Shown here in pieces: positions 28,480 through 38,906 of a stretch of 64,000 nt of DNA. A model generated the notes under the pieces. It was not told the DNA's origin. It saw nothing but the letters and a program-made list of their open reading frames with translations, and did no database searches. The position numbers and the translations under genes were made by a program. Numbering within the stretch: position 1 is the stretch's first letter; the number at the start of each line of letters is the position of its first letter. Origin of the DNA: Desulfosporosinus sp. (GTDB lineage Bacteria > Bacillota > Desulfitobacteriia > Desulfitobacteriales > Desulfitobacteriaceae); assembly GCA_035648035.1 (NCBI GenBank), contig DASRMG010000107.1, forward strand, positions 1,046 through 65,045. Reading direction: 5' to 3'.

Positions 28480-30204
28480 ATGAGTAATGTCATCGTAGTA
28501 GGAGGCGGTCTTGCTGGGCTTATGGCAACGATCAAAATGGCCGAAGCCGGTACGCACGTCGACTTATTTTCTTTAGTTCCAGTTAAACGTTCACACTCGG
28601 TATGCGCTCAGGGGGGCATTAACGGAGCAGTCAATACCAAAGGAGAAGGGGACTCACCGTGGCTTCACTTTGATGATACGGTATACGGTGGGGATTTTCT
28701 GGCGAACCAACCACCTGTCAAAGCAATGTGTGATGAGGCTCCAGGAATTATTCACTTAATGGATCGGATGGGCGTCATGTTTAGCCGTACGCCAGAAGGG
28801 TTACTCGATTTCCGGCGTTTTGGAGGAACAAAGTTTTGCAGAACTGCCTTTGCAGGGGCCACAACGGGCCAGCAACTTCTCTATGCACTCGATGAGCAGG
28901 TTCGCCGTTATGAAGTTGAAGGCTTAGTACAAAAATATGAACAGTGGGAATTACTGTCGACTGTGCTCGATGGTGGGACGTGTAAAGGCATTGTCGCTCA
29001 AGACCTGCGGAATATGAGTATTAAGTCGTTTGCGGGGGACGCGGTGATTATTGCGACTGGCGGTCCAGGTGCAGTCTTTGGCAAAAGTACAAACTCTACG
29101 ATTTGTACGGGTAGCGCCACATCAGCGATGTATCAACAAGGCGTAAAATATGCTAATGGTGAATTTATTCAGATCCACCCAACAGCCATCCCAGGGGATG
29201 ACAAGCTTAGGCTAATGTCCGAATCGGCTCGCGGAGAGGGTGGACGAATCTGGACGTATAAAGATGGAAAACCTTGGTATTTCCTTGAGGAAATGTTTCC
29301 GGATTATGGAAACCTGGTTCCTCGTGATATCGCGACTCGTGCCATTTATGAAGTTGTCTTTGACAAAGGCTTAGGCCTCAATGGGGAAAACATGGTTTAC
29401 CTCGATCTGTCGCATATAGATCCCGAAGTCTTACAACGTAAGCTTGGTGGAATCATAGAAATTTATGAAAAGTTCGTGGGTGATGATCCAAAGAAAGTCC
29501 CAATGCGAATTTTCCCTGCTGTTCACTATTCCATGGGTGGACTATGGGTCGATTATGATCAGATGACCAATATCCCAGGCCTTTTTGCTGCTGGGGAATG
29601 TGAATACCAATATCATGGGGCAAACCGTCTTGGAGCGAACTCCTTGCTTTCGGCAATTTATGGGGGAATGGTCGCTGGACCCAAAGTGATGGAGTACATT
29701 AAGAAGAATAAAGTTCAAACGCCAAGCGATATGGATGCAGCCTTTCTTAAAGAGAAGAAACTTCAAGACGAGAAATGGGCTACGATCATGGGTATGAAGG
29801 GCAAAGAAAACGTCTACCATCTTCACAAAGAGCTAGGCGATATCATGACTTTGAATGTCACGGTTATACGCTACAACGACAAACTGGCAGAAACCGACAT
29901 TGTCCTACAAGAGCTGATGAAGCGCTGGCACAATATTGGTAGAACCGACAGCCTTGAATGGGGAACCCAGGAAGGAATGTTTATCCGTCAGCTGTGGAAT
30001 ATGATGGAATTGGCAAGAGTGATTACATTAGGTGCCCTACAACGCAACGAGAGTAGGGGCGGACATTACAAACCCGAATATCCGGAACGTGATGATGAGA
30101 ATTTCTTAAAGACAACCATAGCCAATTGGAAACCAAGCGGTCCGGAACTCAGTTATGAAGCCGTTGACGTATCCTTGATTACACCGCGTGCGCGTCATTA
30201 CTAA
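28480..30204 (+). CDS. sdhA: Succinate dehydrogenase/fumarate reductase flavoprotein
   Basis: GGGLAG, RSHSVCAQGGIN, QIHPT, SESARGEGG, HYSMGG, HGANRLGANSL. Confidence 0.96.
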   Translation: MSNVIVVGGGLAGLMATIKMAEAGTHVDLFSLVPVKRSHSVCAQGGINGAVNTKGEGDSPWLHFDDTVYGGDFLANQPPVKAMCDEAPGIIHLMDRMGVMFSRTPEGLLDFRRFGGTKFCRTAFAGATTGQQLLYALDEQVRRYEVEGLVQKYEQWELLSTVLDGGTCKGIVAQDLRNMSIKSFAGDAVIIATGGPGAVFGKSTNSTICTGSATSAMYQQGVKYANGEFIQIHPTAIPGDDKLRLMSESARGEGGRIWTYKDGKPWYFLEEMFPDYGNLVPRDIATRAIYEVVFDKGLGLNGENMVYLDLSHIDPEVLQRKLGGIIEIYEKFVGDDPKKVPMRIFPAVHYSMGGLWVDYDQMTNIPGLFAAGECEYQYHGANRLGANSLLSAIYGGMVAGPKVMEYIKKNKVQTPSDMDAAFLKEKKLQDEKWATIMGMKGKENVYHLHKELGDIMTLNVTVIRYNDKLAETDIVLQELMKRWHNIGRTDSLEWGTQEGMFIRQLWNMMELARVITLGALQRNESRGGHYKPEYPERDDENFLKTTIANWKPSGPELSYEAVDVSLITPRARHY

Positions 30205-30229
30205 TATTAAATAATAGGGGGTGAAAATA

Positions 30230-30982
30230 ATGGCTGAACAAAAGACAATCCACTTAAAAATTCGTCGTCAAGATGGTCCTGATAAACCAAGTCGGTGGGA
30301 AGAGTTTGATATCCCTTATCGAGAAAAATTGAATGTTATTTCTTGTTTAATGGAGATTCAGAAAAATCCCGTGACCTCTGCAGGGAAGAAGACGACCCCC
30401 GTGATTTGGGAATGTAACTGTCTAGAGGAGGTATGCGGAGCGTGTGCGATGAATATTAATGGACAAGGGAAACAAGCTTGCTCGGCACTAATTGACCACC
30501 TGGAACAGCCGATTGTACTTGAACCACTTACGAAATTTACGCTGGTGCGGGATCTGATGGTAGACCGGCAAATTATGTTTGATAACCTGAAGACAGTTCA
30601 TGCTTGGATTCCAATTGATGGGACATATAATTTAGGATCTGGGCCGCGTATGCCAGAAGTAAAGCGACAGTGGGCTTACGAATTATCGAAATGTATGACC
30701 TGCGGATGTTGTATGGAGGCATGTCCCCAAGTTAATTCCCGGTCCAAATTTATTGGGCCTGCGGCCATATCTCAAGTGCGCCTGTTTAATGCTCATCCGA
30801 CAGGGGAGATGAACAAACATGAACGCTTGGCGCCGTTACTTGATGACGGTGGTATTGCAGATTGTGGTAATTCCCAAAACTGTGTTCGTGCCTGCCCGAA
30901 AGATATTCCTTTGACAACGAGTCTTGCCGACTTAAACCGTGAAACCAATAAATTTGCGTTGAGTCGTTTTCTCAGAAAATAG
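30230..30982 (+). CDS. sdhB: Succinate dehydrogenase/fumarate reductase Fe-S subunit
   Basis: CLEEVCGAC, CMTCGCCMEACP, CGNSQNCVRACP. Confidence 0.96.
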   Translation: MAEQKTIHLKIRRQDGPDKPSRWEEFDIPYREKLNVISCLMEIQKNPVTSAGKKTTPVIWECNCLEEVCGACAMNINGQGKQACSALIDHLEQPIVLEPLTKFTLVRDLMVDRQIMFDNLKTVHAWIPIDGTYNLGSGPRMPEVKRQWAYELSKCMTCGCCMEACPQVNSRSKFIGPAAISQVRLFNAHPTGEMNKHERLAPLLDDGGIADCGNSQNCVRACPKDIPLTTSLADLNRETNKFALSRFLRK

Positions 30983-31037
30983 TACGACGCTAAAACGATG
31001 TCAGGAAGAATAAAAATTAAAAAGGGGATTAGATTAT

Positions 31038-32267
31038 ATGGGAACACTCAAAGAAGATGCTTTAGCACTTCATCGCGACAACATCGGTAAACTCGAAGTT
31101 CGCAGTAAAGTTCAAGTACGTAACAGTCGGGATTTATCCTTAGCTTACTCTCCAGGCGTGGCTGAACCTTGTTTGGCAATCGAGAAAGATAAAGATCTAG
31201 CGTATGCATATACGAACAAGGGTAATTTTGTGGCCATAGTTTCGAATGGGACTGCTGTTCTAGGCCTTGGAAACATAGGAGCGCTTGCTTCCTTGCCCGT
31301 CATGGAAGGGAAATCTATTCTCTTCAAGACGTTTGCAGGCGTTGATGCTTTTCCAATTTGCTTGGACACGGAAGATATTGAAAAGGTCATTGAGTCGGTA
31401 AAGCTAATGGAGCCAACCTTTGGCGGAATCAACCTAGAAGACATCAGTGCACCCGCATGCTTTGAAATTGAAGAGCGCCTAAAAAAAGAAATGAACATTC
31501 CGGTTTTCCATGATGATCAGCACGGCACGGCCATCGTAGTGATGGCAGGAATGATTAATGCCCTTAAAGTGGTGGGGAAATCCTTAGATAGCATTCGTGT
31601 TGTCACGAACGGTGCAGGGTCTGCAGGTGTGGCAATTATTAAATTGCTGATGAGCATGGGCGTTAAAAATGTAATTATGTGTGATACGAAGGGAACAATC
31701 TATACAGGACGACCGGTAGGGATGAACAAATCAAAAGACGAAATCGCCAATCTTACGAATCCTCAGAGGCTAGTGGGATCCCTTGCAGATGCCATGGTTG
31801 AAGCAGACGTCTTCATTGGTGTTTCTGCAGCGAATACGGTGACGCCTGAGATGGTAAAATCTATGGCCAAGGATCCAATTATCTTTGCTATGGCAAACCC
31901 AGTTCCAGAAATTCTCCCCGAACTTGCCAAAGGGGCAGGAGCAAAAGTTATTGGAACTGGGCGATCAGATTATCCAAACCAAGTCAATAACGTTTCTGCT
32001 TTTCCAGGTATTTTCCGCGGCGCATTGGATGTTCGGGCCTCTCAAATAAATGAAGAAATGAAAATCGCTGCAGCTTATGCGATTGCGAGCTTGGTCAGTG
32101 ACGAAGAGCGTAATGCGGAATATGTTATCCCAAGAGCTTTCGATCCTCGCGTAGCTCCCGCTGTAGCAGCCGCAGTTGCTCAAGCTGCTATGGATAGTGG
32201 AGTAGCCCGAATCACAGTAGATCCAGTTGAAATTTCCAAAAAAGTATGGGCAATTCGCCCTGAGTAG
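31038..32267 (+). CDS. NAD(P)-dependent malic enzyme
   Basis: LAYSPGVAEPC, GTAVLGLG, VMEGK, FHDDQHGTA, GRSDYPNQVNN. Confidence 0.95.
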   Translation: MGTLKEDALALHRDNIGKLEVRSKVQVRNSRDLSLAYSPGVAEPCLAIEKDKDLAYAYTNKGNFVAIVSNGTAVLGLGNIGALASLPVMEGKSILFKTFAGVDAFPICLDTEDIEKVIESVKLMEPTFGGINLEDISAPACFEIEERLKKEMNIPVFHDDQHGTAIVVMAGMINALKVVGKSLDSIRVVTNGAGSAGVAIIKLLMSMGVKNVIMCDTKGTIYTGRPVGMNKSKDEIANLTNPQRLVGSLADAMVEADVFIGVSAANTVTPEMVKSMAKDPIIFAMANPVPEILPELAKGAGAKVIGTGRSDYPNQVNNVSAFPGIFRGALDVRASQINEEMKIAAAYAIASLVSDEERNAEYVIPRAFDPRVAPAVAAAVAQAAMDSGVARITVDPVEISKKVWAIRPE

Positions 32268-32297
32268 TGTTATATTCAAAGTTAATAAGTAATTTTA

Positions 32298-32344
32298 GAG
32301 AATGAACTGTTGTTACCGACAAGCGTTAACAACAGTTCATTCTC
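32298..32344 (+). terminator. Long hairpin after malic enzyme gene
   Basis: GAGAATGAACTGTTGTTA / TAACAACAGTTCATTCTC. Confidence 0.7.
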
Positions 32345-32377
32345 AAGTGGGGTCCACAAGTGGAGGGAGTGATAATC

Positions 32378-32650
32378 ATGGCTGACTCGGAAAGTGCTCT
32401 GGCGATTAGAATTATCTCTACGTTTTTTATCGGTATATTAATTACTTATGTGACTGCTCGATCCATAGGTGGTGAGAACAAAGCAAAGTGGTTTAAGAAA
32501 CGCCAAGGAATGAGTTTCTTAAACATGCGTGGTTTATTAGGGGAAACATGCCATTTTGGGCATCCACGAACTTGGCAAGGTTTGGTTATTACGTTGTTGA
32601 TGTATGCTATCATTGTCATAGCGGGGTACGTAATTATTTTTAAGTTTTAA
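32378..32650 (+). CDS. Hypothetical two-TM membrane protein
   Basis: GGAGGGAG RBS; two hydrophobic helices. Confidence 0.65.
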   Translation: MADSESALAIRIISTFFIGILITYVTARSIGGENKAKWFKKRQGMSFLNMRGLLGETCHFGHPRTWQGLVITLLMYAIIVIAGYVIIFKF

Positions 32651-32906
32651 TTATAAAATACATTTGTTTTTTGATTGTGATATAATTATTAGGTAAAATA
32701 GCTGTATATCCCTATATTCATCAGATCCATTCGATCCAGTTCGACCCAAGAACTGCAACATTAGTCGGGAAAGAGAAGTGATTCCAGACAATTATTATGG
32801 GTACACGATTATTTTTGGGTTAGTCTAATATCATTGTCCTTCAATTTATTCGGTGCCATGAAAATAACATGGAATACTAATGAATCAGTGAAAGGGGATA
32901 GGTAGA

Positions 32907-34181
32907 GTGAACGCAACGATTGCTATCATAGTATTTATTATTGTTTATATCTTAATACTTACTGAAAAGGTTCACAGGGCGATAGCTGCCTTGCTAGGGG
33001 GGATGCTACTCATTCTTCTGGGTGTGCTGTCCCAAGAAACGGCGCTCGAACATATTGATTGGAACACCTTAGGACTACTCGTCGGTATGATGATTGTCGT
33101 TGGCATTACTCGGCGAACAGGCGTCTTTGAGTATCTAGGATTAAAGGCTGTCCGGATCGCTAAGGGTGAACCAATTCTGATACTAATTGCCTTGTCAACT
33201 GTCACAGCCGTACTTTCCGCGTTGCTGGATAATGTCACGACGGTTTTACTCATAGTCCCGATTGTCTTTAGCATTACCGATAAACTTGATCTCGACCCCA
33301 TGCCGTTTCTAATCAGTATTATAGTGTCTAGTAATATTGGCGGAACATCCACTTTGATTGGAGACCCCCCTAATATTATGATTGGAAGTCAAACTCATTT
33401 AGGATTTATGGATTTTGCAGCGAACTTAGTTCCTGTGACTTTTAGCATTCATGTGATAACGATGGGAATATTCTTTGTATTATACAGACGTAGACTTCAA
33501 GTAGCAGATCATCTGAAAGCAGAACTTATTAAGCTGGACCCTATTCTTGCGATTAAGGATTATGCTCTTTTAAAGAAAAGTTTGTCTGTGTTGGCCCTGA
33601 TATTAGTCGGCTTTTTCATGCATCAATCCATGCATTTAGAGTCAGCGACGATTGCATTATCAGGCGCGGTCCTTTTGATGTTTATTACCAAAGAAGAACC
33701 GGAAGATATCCTATTAACGGTGGAATGGCCCACGATCTTCTTTTTCATCGGACTTTTCATTGTAGTCGGTGGTCTGATCGAGACAGGTCTAATCAACAGT
33801 ATGGCAGAGTGGGCAGTTAATGCGACTGCAGGTAATTTTACACTTACAGGGATGTTAATTCTATGGTTTTCCGCGATTGCCTCGGCCTTTGTGGATAACA
33901 TTCCCTTTGTGGCTACCATGATTCCACTGATCCACCAGATCGGTAGTTTGGGAGGAATTTCTCCTACCGATTTAGAACCGCTTTGGTGGGCATTATCCTT
34001 GGGAGCGTGTCTAGGAGGGAACGGAACTTTGATTGGTGCTTCAGCGAATGTAATAGTCGCGGGCATGGCTGAGAAAAACGGAGTCCATATAGGATTCGTA
34101 TCCTTTATGAAAACAGCGTTTCCCTTGATGTTACTTTCTGTTTTCATTGCGATGATTTATCTTTTGGTGTTTTATTTTTAG
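32907..34181 (+). CDS. ArsB/NhaD (IT superfamily, P-protein-like) ion transporter
   Basis: SALLDNVTT, SNIGGTSTLIGDPPN, SAFVDNIP, GGNGTLIGASAN. Confidence 0.9.
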   Translation: MNATIAIIVFIIVYILILTEKVHRAIAALLGGMLLILLGVLSQETALEHIDWNTLGLLVGMMIVVGITRRTGVFEYLGLKAVRIAKGEPILILIALSTVTAVLSALLDNVTTVLLIVPIVFSITDKLDLDPMPFLISIIVSSNIGGTSTLIGDPPNIMIGSQTHLGFMDFAANLVPVTFSIHVITMGIFFVLYRRRLQVADHLKAELIKLDPILAIKDYALLKKSLSVLALILVGFFMHQSMHLESATIALSGAVLLMFITKEEPEDILLTVEWPTIFFFIGLFIVVGGLIETGLINSMAEWAVNATAGNFTLTGMLILWFSAIASAFVDNIPFVATMIPLIHQIGSLGGISPTDLEPLWWALSLGACLGGNGTLIGASANVIVAGMAEKNGVHIGFVSFMKTAFPLMLLSVFIAMIYLLVFYF

Positions 34182-34367
34182 AGGAATCACTCGAAATAGA
34201 GTAGCGATAATTTGGCTAAGGATGGTTGTAAAATGAAGTTGCCTGGAATGCCCTAAGGCGCAATCCTTGAACAAGTGCTGCTACAGACAAGAAGATAGAG
34301 GCTTAAGCAATTAAATGCTTAGCCTCTTTCTTTTTCACACACAATACATGTTCAAGGACGACAATCA

Positions 34368-34925
34368 CTACGCCCGCTTGTACTGTACTTTTCCAATGTC
34401 ATACAGATTGTTTCCATCATGGTCAATAATCACAATGACCGGGAAATCCTTGACAACGAGGCGTCGTACCGCCTCTGATCCCAATTCAGGATAGGCAATC
34501 ACTTCGGCGGAAACAATACGCTTGGCAATGAGTGCGCCCGCTCCTCCAATAGCTCCGAAGTAGACAGCGCCATGTTTCTTCATCGCTTCGATCACTTCCA
34601 GAGAACGAAGGCCCTTACCGATCATTCCCGTTAATCCCTCTGCGATCAATTTTGGTGAATATGCATCCATTCGCCCACTTGTCGTCGGACCAGCAGACCC
34701 AATCACTTGGCCGTCTTTAGCCGGCGTGGGACCTACAAAATATATTATTTGATCTTTCATAGTGAAAGGGAGCTCAGCGCCTTGGTCCATCGCTTCAACC
34801 ATTTTTTTATGGGCAGCATCACGCCCAGTATAGATTACACCGCTAATTAAGACATTGTCACCGGCTTTTAGCCCTATGAGTTTTTCTTGAGTGAGGGGAG
34901 TTTCAAGGTGTATCGCTTTGCTCAT
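34368..34925 (-). CDS. Fe-S fumarate hydratase class I, beta subunit
   Basis: TGRDAAHKK, GSAGPTTSGRMD, MIGKG, GGAGAL. Confidence 0.92.
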   Translation of the reverse strand: MSKAIHLETPLTQEKLIGLKAGDNVLISGVIYTGRDAAHKKMVEAMDQGAELPFTMKDQIIYFVGPTPAKDGQVIGSAGPTTSGRMDAYSPKLIAEGLTGMIGKGLRSLEVIEAMKKHGAVYFGAIGGAGALIAKRIVSAEVIAYPELGSEAVRRLVVKDFPVIVIIDHDGNNLYDIGKVQYKRA

Positions 34926-35782
34926 TTGATGTCCCTCCCTTGTAAGGTAATTTCCTTATGCCGAGTTGCGTGGCAGCCTATGTTTACGGCCACTGGCATC
35001 CCCGCTATATGCGTGGGATAAACTTCTAAGTTTACAGCCAGTGCCGTCGTCAGACCACCAAAGCCTTGGGGACCAATGCCCAGGCGATTAACGCGATCTA
35101 ATAACGCGCCCTCAATGTTAGCCAGTCGTTCCTCAGGATTGTGTTTTCCCACTTCCCTTAGTAAACTCTTTTTGGCAAGAAAGGTTGCTTTTTCCATCGT
35201 TCCGCCCACACCTACTCCGACAATAATCGGAGGGCAGGGGTTTCCACCCGCACGTTCGACGGTGTCTACGACGAACTGCATTGCACCCTCTAAACCCTCA
35301 GAAGGCTTACACATTTTTAAGGCGCCCATATTTTCACTTCCGAACCCTTTCGGAGCTACTACAAGGTGCAAAGAATCACCGGGCACAATATCATAATGAA
35401 CGACCGCCGGCGTGTTATCCCCCGTGTTGACCCGTTCAAAGGGATCTTTTACGACGGATTTACGTAAGAAACCTAAATCATACCCTCGGCGTACCCCTTC
35501 ATTTATAGCCGCCGTTAGGTCCCCACCGGTCACATGTAGATCCTGGCCTATTTCTACAAAAAGCACCGCCATCCCGGTATCTTGACACATTGGGACTCGT
35601 TCAAGGTGCGCAATTTCGGCATTTTCAACGAGACGTTTCAACACCTCGATCCCCAAAGGAGAGGGCTCAGTTTTCAAAGCCTCATGAAACCCAGCCATAA
35701 TATCCGAACCCAGATCATAATTAGACGCGATACATAGTTTCTCAATCGCTGGAATAATTTCTTCTACGGATAGTACCTTCAT
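34922..35782 (-). CDS. Fe-S fumarate hydratase class I, alpha subunit
   Basis: PMCQDTG, KGFGSEN, GNPCPP, GIGPQGFGG, GCHATRH. Confidence 0.92.
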   Translation of the reverse strand: MKVLSVEEIIPAIEKLCIASNYDLGSDIMAGFHEALKTEPSPLGIEVLKRLVENAEIAHLERVPMCQDTGMAVLFVEIGQDLHVTGGDLTAAINEGVRRGYDLGFLRKSVVKDPFERVNTGDNTPAVVHYDIVPGDSLHLVVAPKGFGSENMGALKMCKPSEGLEGAMQFVVDTVERAGGNPCPPIIVGVGVGGTMEKATFLAKKSLLREVGKHNPEERLANIEGALLDRVNRLGIGPQGFGGLTTALAVNLEVYPTHIAGMPVAVNIGCHATRHKEITLQGRDIK

Positions 35783-35944
35783 CTTTTTGTACCCCCAATT
35801 ATCAAATGTTTTATCACTAAGCTCCCATGCAGGTGGTAGGCACTATTTAGCTTAAATAGATTACTGATGCCTCAGTACACGAGGCATCAGTTCAACCAGA
35901 CCCTGTAACATTGATTCAAAGATAGCATGAATACTAAGTCTTCA

Positions 35945-37228
35945 TTATTTAGGGAAAAACGGCCAAACTAAAGGAATGATAATAACAGATACTATGCCAC
36001 AAAGTACCACCAATGGGGCACCAACCTTCATATAATCCATAAACTTATAACCACCAGGACCATACACCAGAGTGTTGGGTGGAGTGCCTACTGGTGTGGC
36101 AAAAGCGCAGGAAGCACCAACGGCAATGGCCATCAAAACTGCCGCAGGACTGGCACCAATTCCAACGGCAATCGAAATACCAATCGGCGCAAGTAATGCG
36201 GTTGAAGCGGTGTTAGACATGAATTGTGTCAACCCAGACGAAAGGATGAACAGGACGCTAACGATTAAGGTGGGGCTAGGGTTAGATCCTAAGAGGTTAA
36301 TGACGACCTCGGCAATTAATTTACCAGCGCCGCTCTTGTCCATGGCCATTGCAATAGGCATCATACCAGCGAAGAGAAAGATTGTAACCCAGTCAATACC
36401 GTTGTAAGCTTCTTTCTCGGTGAGACAACCAGTAAGAACGCAGAGGATCGCACCGGTCACAGCCGCGATCTGCAGAGGGATGGCCTTGATGTCAAGGGCC
36501 ATGACGACAACAACGCCAATCAGAATAGCAGCTGTTATCCATTGTTTCGTTGTATTATCCGAAGTCGCGACAGCTTCCTTCATTGCGTCTTGATCTAACT
36601 CAGCATTAATGGATAAATCAGTCTTCGGCAGGAGGTGCCTACCGATAAACACCATATAGAGTATACCTACTATAGTAAGCGGAATACCAATTTTAGCAAA
36701 TTCGAAGAACCCAAATGCATTATAGCCAGCAGCTTTCAATACGCCTGAGGCGATAATATTCGGTGGGGTACCCACTAGAGTGATTATACCACCTAACCCA
36801 GCGCCTAAAGCAAGCGGCATCAGCTGTCGGGAAGCAGGGATGCTGGAGACAACGCAGATCCCTAGAATAACTGGCATCAGAGCAGCCGTTGTTCCGGTGT
36901 TGGAAGCAACCGCGGAAAGGGCGGCTGCAATAAACATCGTACCCATCATTAAGCTAGTTTCACCGGTGCCGACCCTTCTCACGACAAACTCCCCAATCTT
37001 CTGAGCCAGGCCTGTTCGGAACATTGAAGCTCCGATTACGAACATTCCTGCAAACAGTACCACTGTGGAGTTGGACAGGCCAGAAAATACTTCTTTCATC
37101 GGAATAATGCCCAATAATCCCAAAACGATCGCTCCACTCATGGCGGTTATTGCCAAGGGTATCGCTTCAGTCACAAAAAGCAAGGCTACTACCGCCAGTA
37201 CAAGTAATGTAATAACTGCTGGTGTCAT
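35945..37228 (-). CDS. SLC13/DASS family dicarboxylate permease
   Basis: SNT motifs (ASNTGT, MSNTAS) and GTPPN x2. Confidence 0.9.
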   Translation of the reverse strand: MTPAVITLLVLAVVALLFVTEAIPLAITAMSGAIVLGLLGIIPMKEVFSGLSNSTVVLFAGMFVIGASMFRTGLAQKIGEFVVRRVGTGETSLMMGTMFIAAALSAVASNTGTTAALMPVILGICVVSSIPASRQLMPLALGAGLGGIITLVGTPPNIIASGVLKAAGYNAFGFFEFAKIGIPLTIVGILYMVFIGRHLLPKTDLSINAELDQDAMKEAVATSDNTTKQWITAAILIGVVVVMALDIKAIPLQIAAVTGAILCVLTGCLTEKEAYNGIDWVTIFLFAGMMPIAMAMDKSGAGKLIAEVVINLLGSNPSPTLIVSVLFILSSGLTQFMSNTASTALLAPIGISIAVGIGASPAAVLMAIAVGASCAFATPVGTPPNTLVYGPGGYKFMDYMKVGAPLVVLCGIVSVIIIPLVWPFFPK

Positions 37229-37351
37229 AAGTATTCTCCTCCTCTTCTAATCTAATGAGAGCTGTCTACTCTAGAACCAATAAGATTAACTAGAATCATA
37301 GCGAAATGGAACACAGTCTAAAGTTGTTTCTCCTTCCTCGCTATATTACTT

Positions 37352-37368
37352 TGCAAGAATCGTGCCAA
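37352..37368 (-). promoter_or_regulatory. Sigma-54 -24/-12 promoter of SLC13-fumarase operon
   Basis: Minus strand TTGGCACGATTCTTGCA, near-consensus. Confidence 0.9.
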
Positions 37369-37452
37369 TAGTTAGAAAATTTAAAAATCGGCAAAAGCCC
37401 GTTATATGGCCTATTAAAAGATTAAATAAATAATAAATAAGTCCCTATGTTT

Positions 37453-37474
37453 ATCTAAATTCTAGAAACTAGAT
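37453..37474 (-). promoter_or_regulatory. Putative enhancer (UAS), same motif as at 27555-27600
   Basis: Overlapping ATCTAAATTCTAGAA / TTCTAGAAACTAGAT about 90-105 bp upstream of the sigma-54 promoter. Confidence 0.55.
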
Positions 37475-37582
37475 AGAAATATATATGAAAAATTAGAGAT
37501 TTAAACATTATAGCATTAAAGCATATATAATAAATTATAATTATGGATTATCTTTACCTTTATATGATAGGGGGGAATCACT

Positions 37583-38275
37583 TTGCACACACCAGAAGAT
37601 ATAATCGTAGAGTTCAGTCGATCACGTATGAATGAAGAAGCCGTCAATGTGGAAAAAATTCATTTTTACAAGACGGATCGGCGCGTAAACCCCAAGCAAG
37701 AAGAGCCCTTTTGGTTTTCGCAGGGCACGCTGCCAGTTCTGGTATCGGCTCCGCATGCTGTAAGGCATTATAGACAAAAGAAAATTAAGATGTCAGATCA
37801 ATTCACAGGTTCTATCGTGTACCTCTTAAACCAACTAACAGATTGTCATGCGATTGCAGCGACTAAGCTGTATGGTGGGGATCCTAACTTTGACCTACAT
37901 TGTATATATAAGGAAAGAATCGCAGAGATCTGTAGAAGAGGAAACGTGAAGTTCGTTTTAGACATCCATGGAGCAGCCCGTGAACGTGAATTTGATGTGG
38001 ATTTTGGTACGAATGGGGGAAGGAACCTTTTGGGAAAGACGAGTATGCTCGAATTGGTGGAGCGTAATTTTAAGGACTACGGGTTAAGCAGAATATCCCA
38101 GGACCACTTCGCCGCTTCCGGAGCGAATACTATCGCCAATTTTGCTGCAATTGAATTGGGAATTCCCACAGTTCAAATAGAGATCAACAAACAATATAGG
38201 GTTCCTGCGCAAAATTCGCAGGGGTTTCATCGTATGCTGGGGGCTTTAGTAGCAAGTGTTCGAAATTTAACCTGA
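37583..38275 (+). CDS. N-formylglutamate amidohydrolase-like / Zn-dependent hydrolase
   Basis: VLVSAPHA, VLDIHG, DVDFGT, VQIEIN. Confidence 0.7.
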   Translation: MHTPEDIIVEFSRSRMNEEAVNVEKIHFYKTDRRVNPKQEEPFWFSQGTLPVLVSAPHAVRHYRQKKIKMSDQFTGSIVYLLNQLTDCHAIAATKLYGGDPNFDLHCIYKERIAEICRRGNVKFVLDIHGAAREREFDVDFGTNGGRNLLGKTSMLELVERNFKDYGLSRISQDHFAASGANTIANFAAIELGIPTVQIEINKQYRVPAQNSQGFHRMLGALVASVRNLT

Positions 38276-38312
38276 TTTCCAATGGCCATAGCTTATTTAA
38301 GTAAAGTGATAC

Positions 38313-38597
38313 AAAGCCATAGATTATTATCAGGTGGCTGAAATATTAAGTGAGGTTACTGGGAGAAAAATCACGTATGCTAAACCAGGCTTTTTGGAAT
38401 ACCGAAATCACTATATAAAAGTCCGTGGTCTTGATAAGGACTTTGTTAATGTAACCGTAGCAAGTGTATTTTATGACAAGGATGGGGACTGGTAGGGCAG
38501 TAACCAAAGAGTTCTATAATCTAATTGGAAAAATGCCACGATCATTTGAAGATTTTCACGGGAAAATAAAGCTACATTTATGACAAATCTACGCTAG
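38313..38597 (+). pseudogene. C-terminal remnant of NmrA-like / atypical SDR protein
   Basis: KAIDYYQVAEILSEVTGRKITYAKPGF...VTVA, continuing via two frameshifts as YFMTRMG...GKMPRSFEDF / RENKATF. Confidence 0.7.
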
Positions 38598-38654
38598 TTA
38601 CAAATATGGTTGTTTGAAACATTGGAAAACTATATTACTAAATGTAATATATAA

Positions 38655-38684
38655 TTGACAAAAAGTAATGTGTATGAGTATAAT
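38655..38684 (+). promoter_or_regulatory. Sigma-A promoter
   Basis: TTGACA-18bp-TATAAT upstream of the HTH gene. Confidence 0.75.
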
Positions 38685-38708
38685 GTCTTTGAAAGGGGAT
38701 GACATTTC

Positions 38709-38903
38709 ATGAAGAATAAAAAGATGAAAATTGCCAGAATAGAGTCTGAAGTGTCACAGGAACAGTTAGCCGATATTGTTGGGGTGACGAGACAAACCAT
38801 CAATTTAATTGAATCTGGTAACTACAACCCAAGCTTAAAATTATGTATTGAGATATGTAAAGCGCTTAACAAAAATCTGAATGATTTATTTTGGGAGGAA
38901 TGA
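38709..38903 (+). CDS. XRE-family HTH regulator
   Basis: SQEQLADIVGVTRQTINLIESGNYNPSL. Confidence 0.93.
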   Translation: MKNKKMKIARIESEVSQEQLADIVGVTRQTINLIESGNYNPSLKLCIEICKALNKNLNDLFWEE

Positions 38904-38906
38904 AAT

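Noticed and set aside
32700-32880. Possible structured leader/riboswitch upstream of the ArsB/NhaD transporter
   Set aside because: Only weak pairing and short imperfect repeats; no riboswitch consensus I can recognise. An Rfam/Infernal scan would settle it.
33623-36407. Long antisense ORFs over transporter and fumarase genes
   Set aside because: Typical shadow ORFs opposite well-supported genes.
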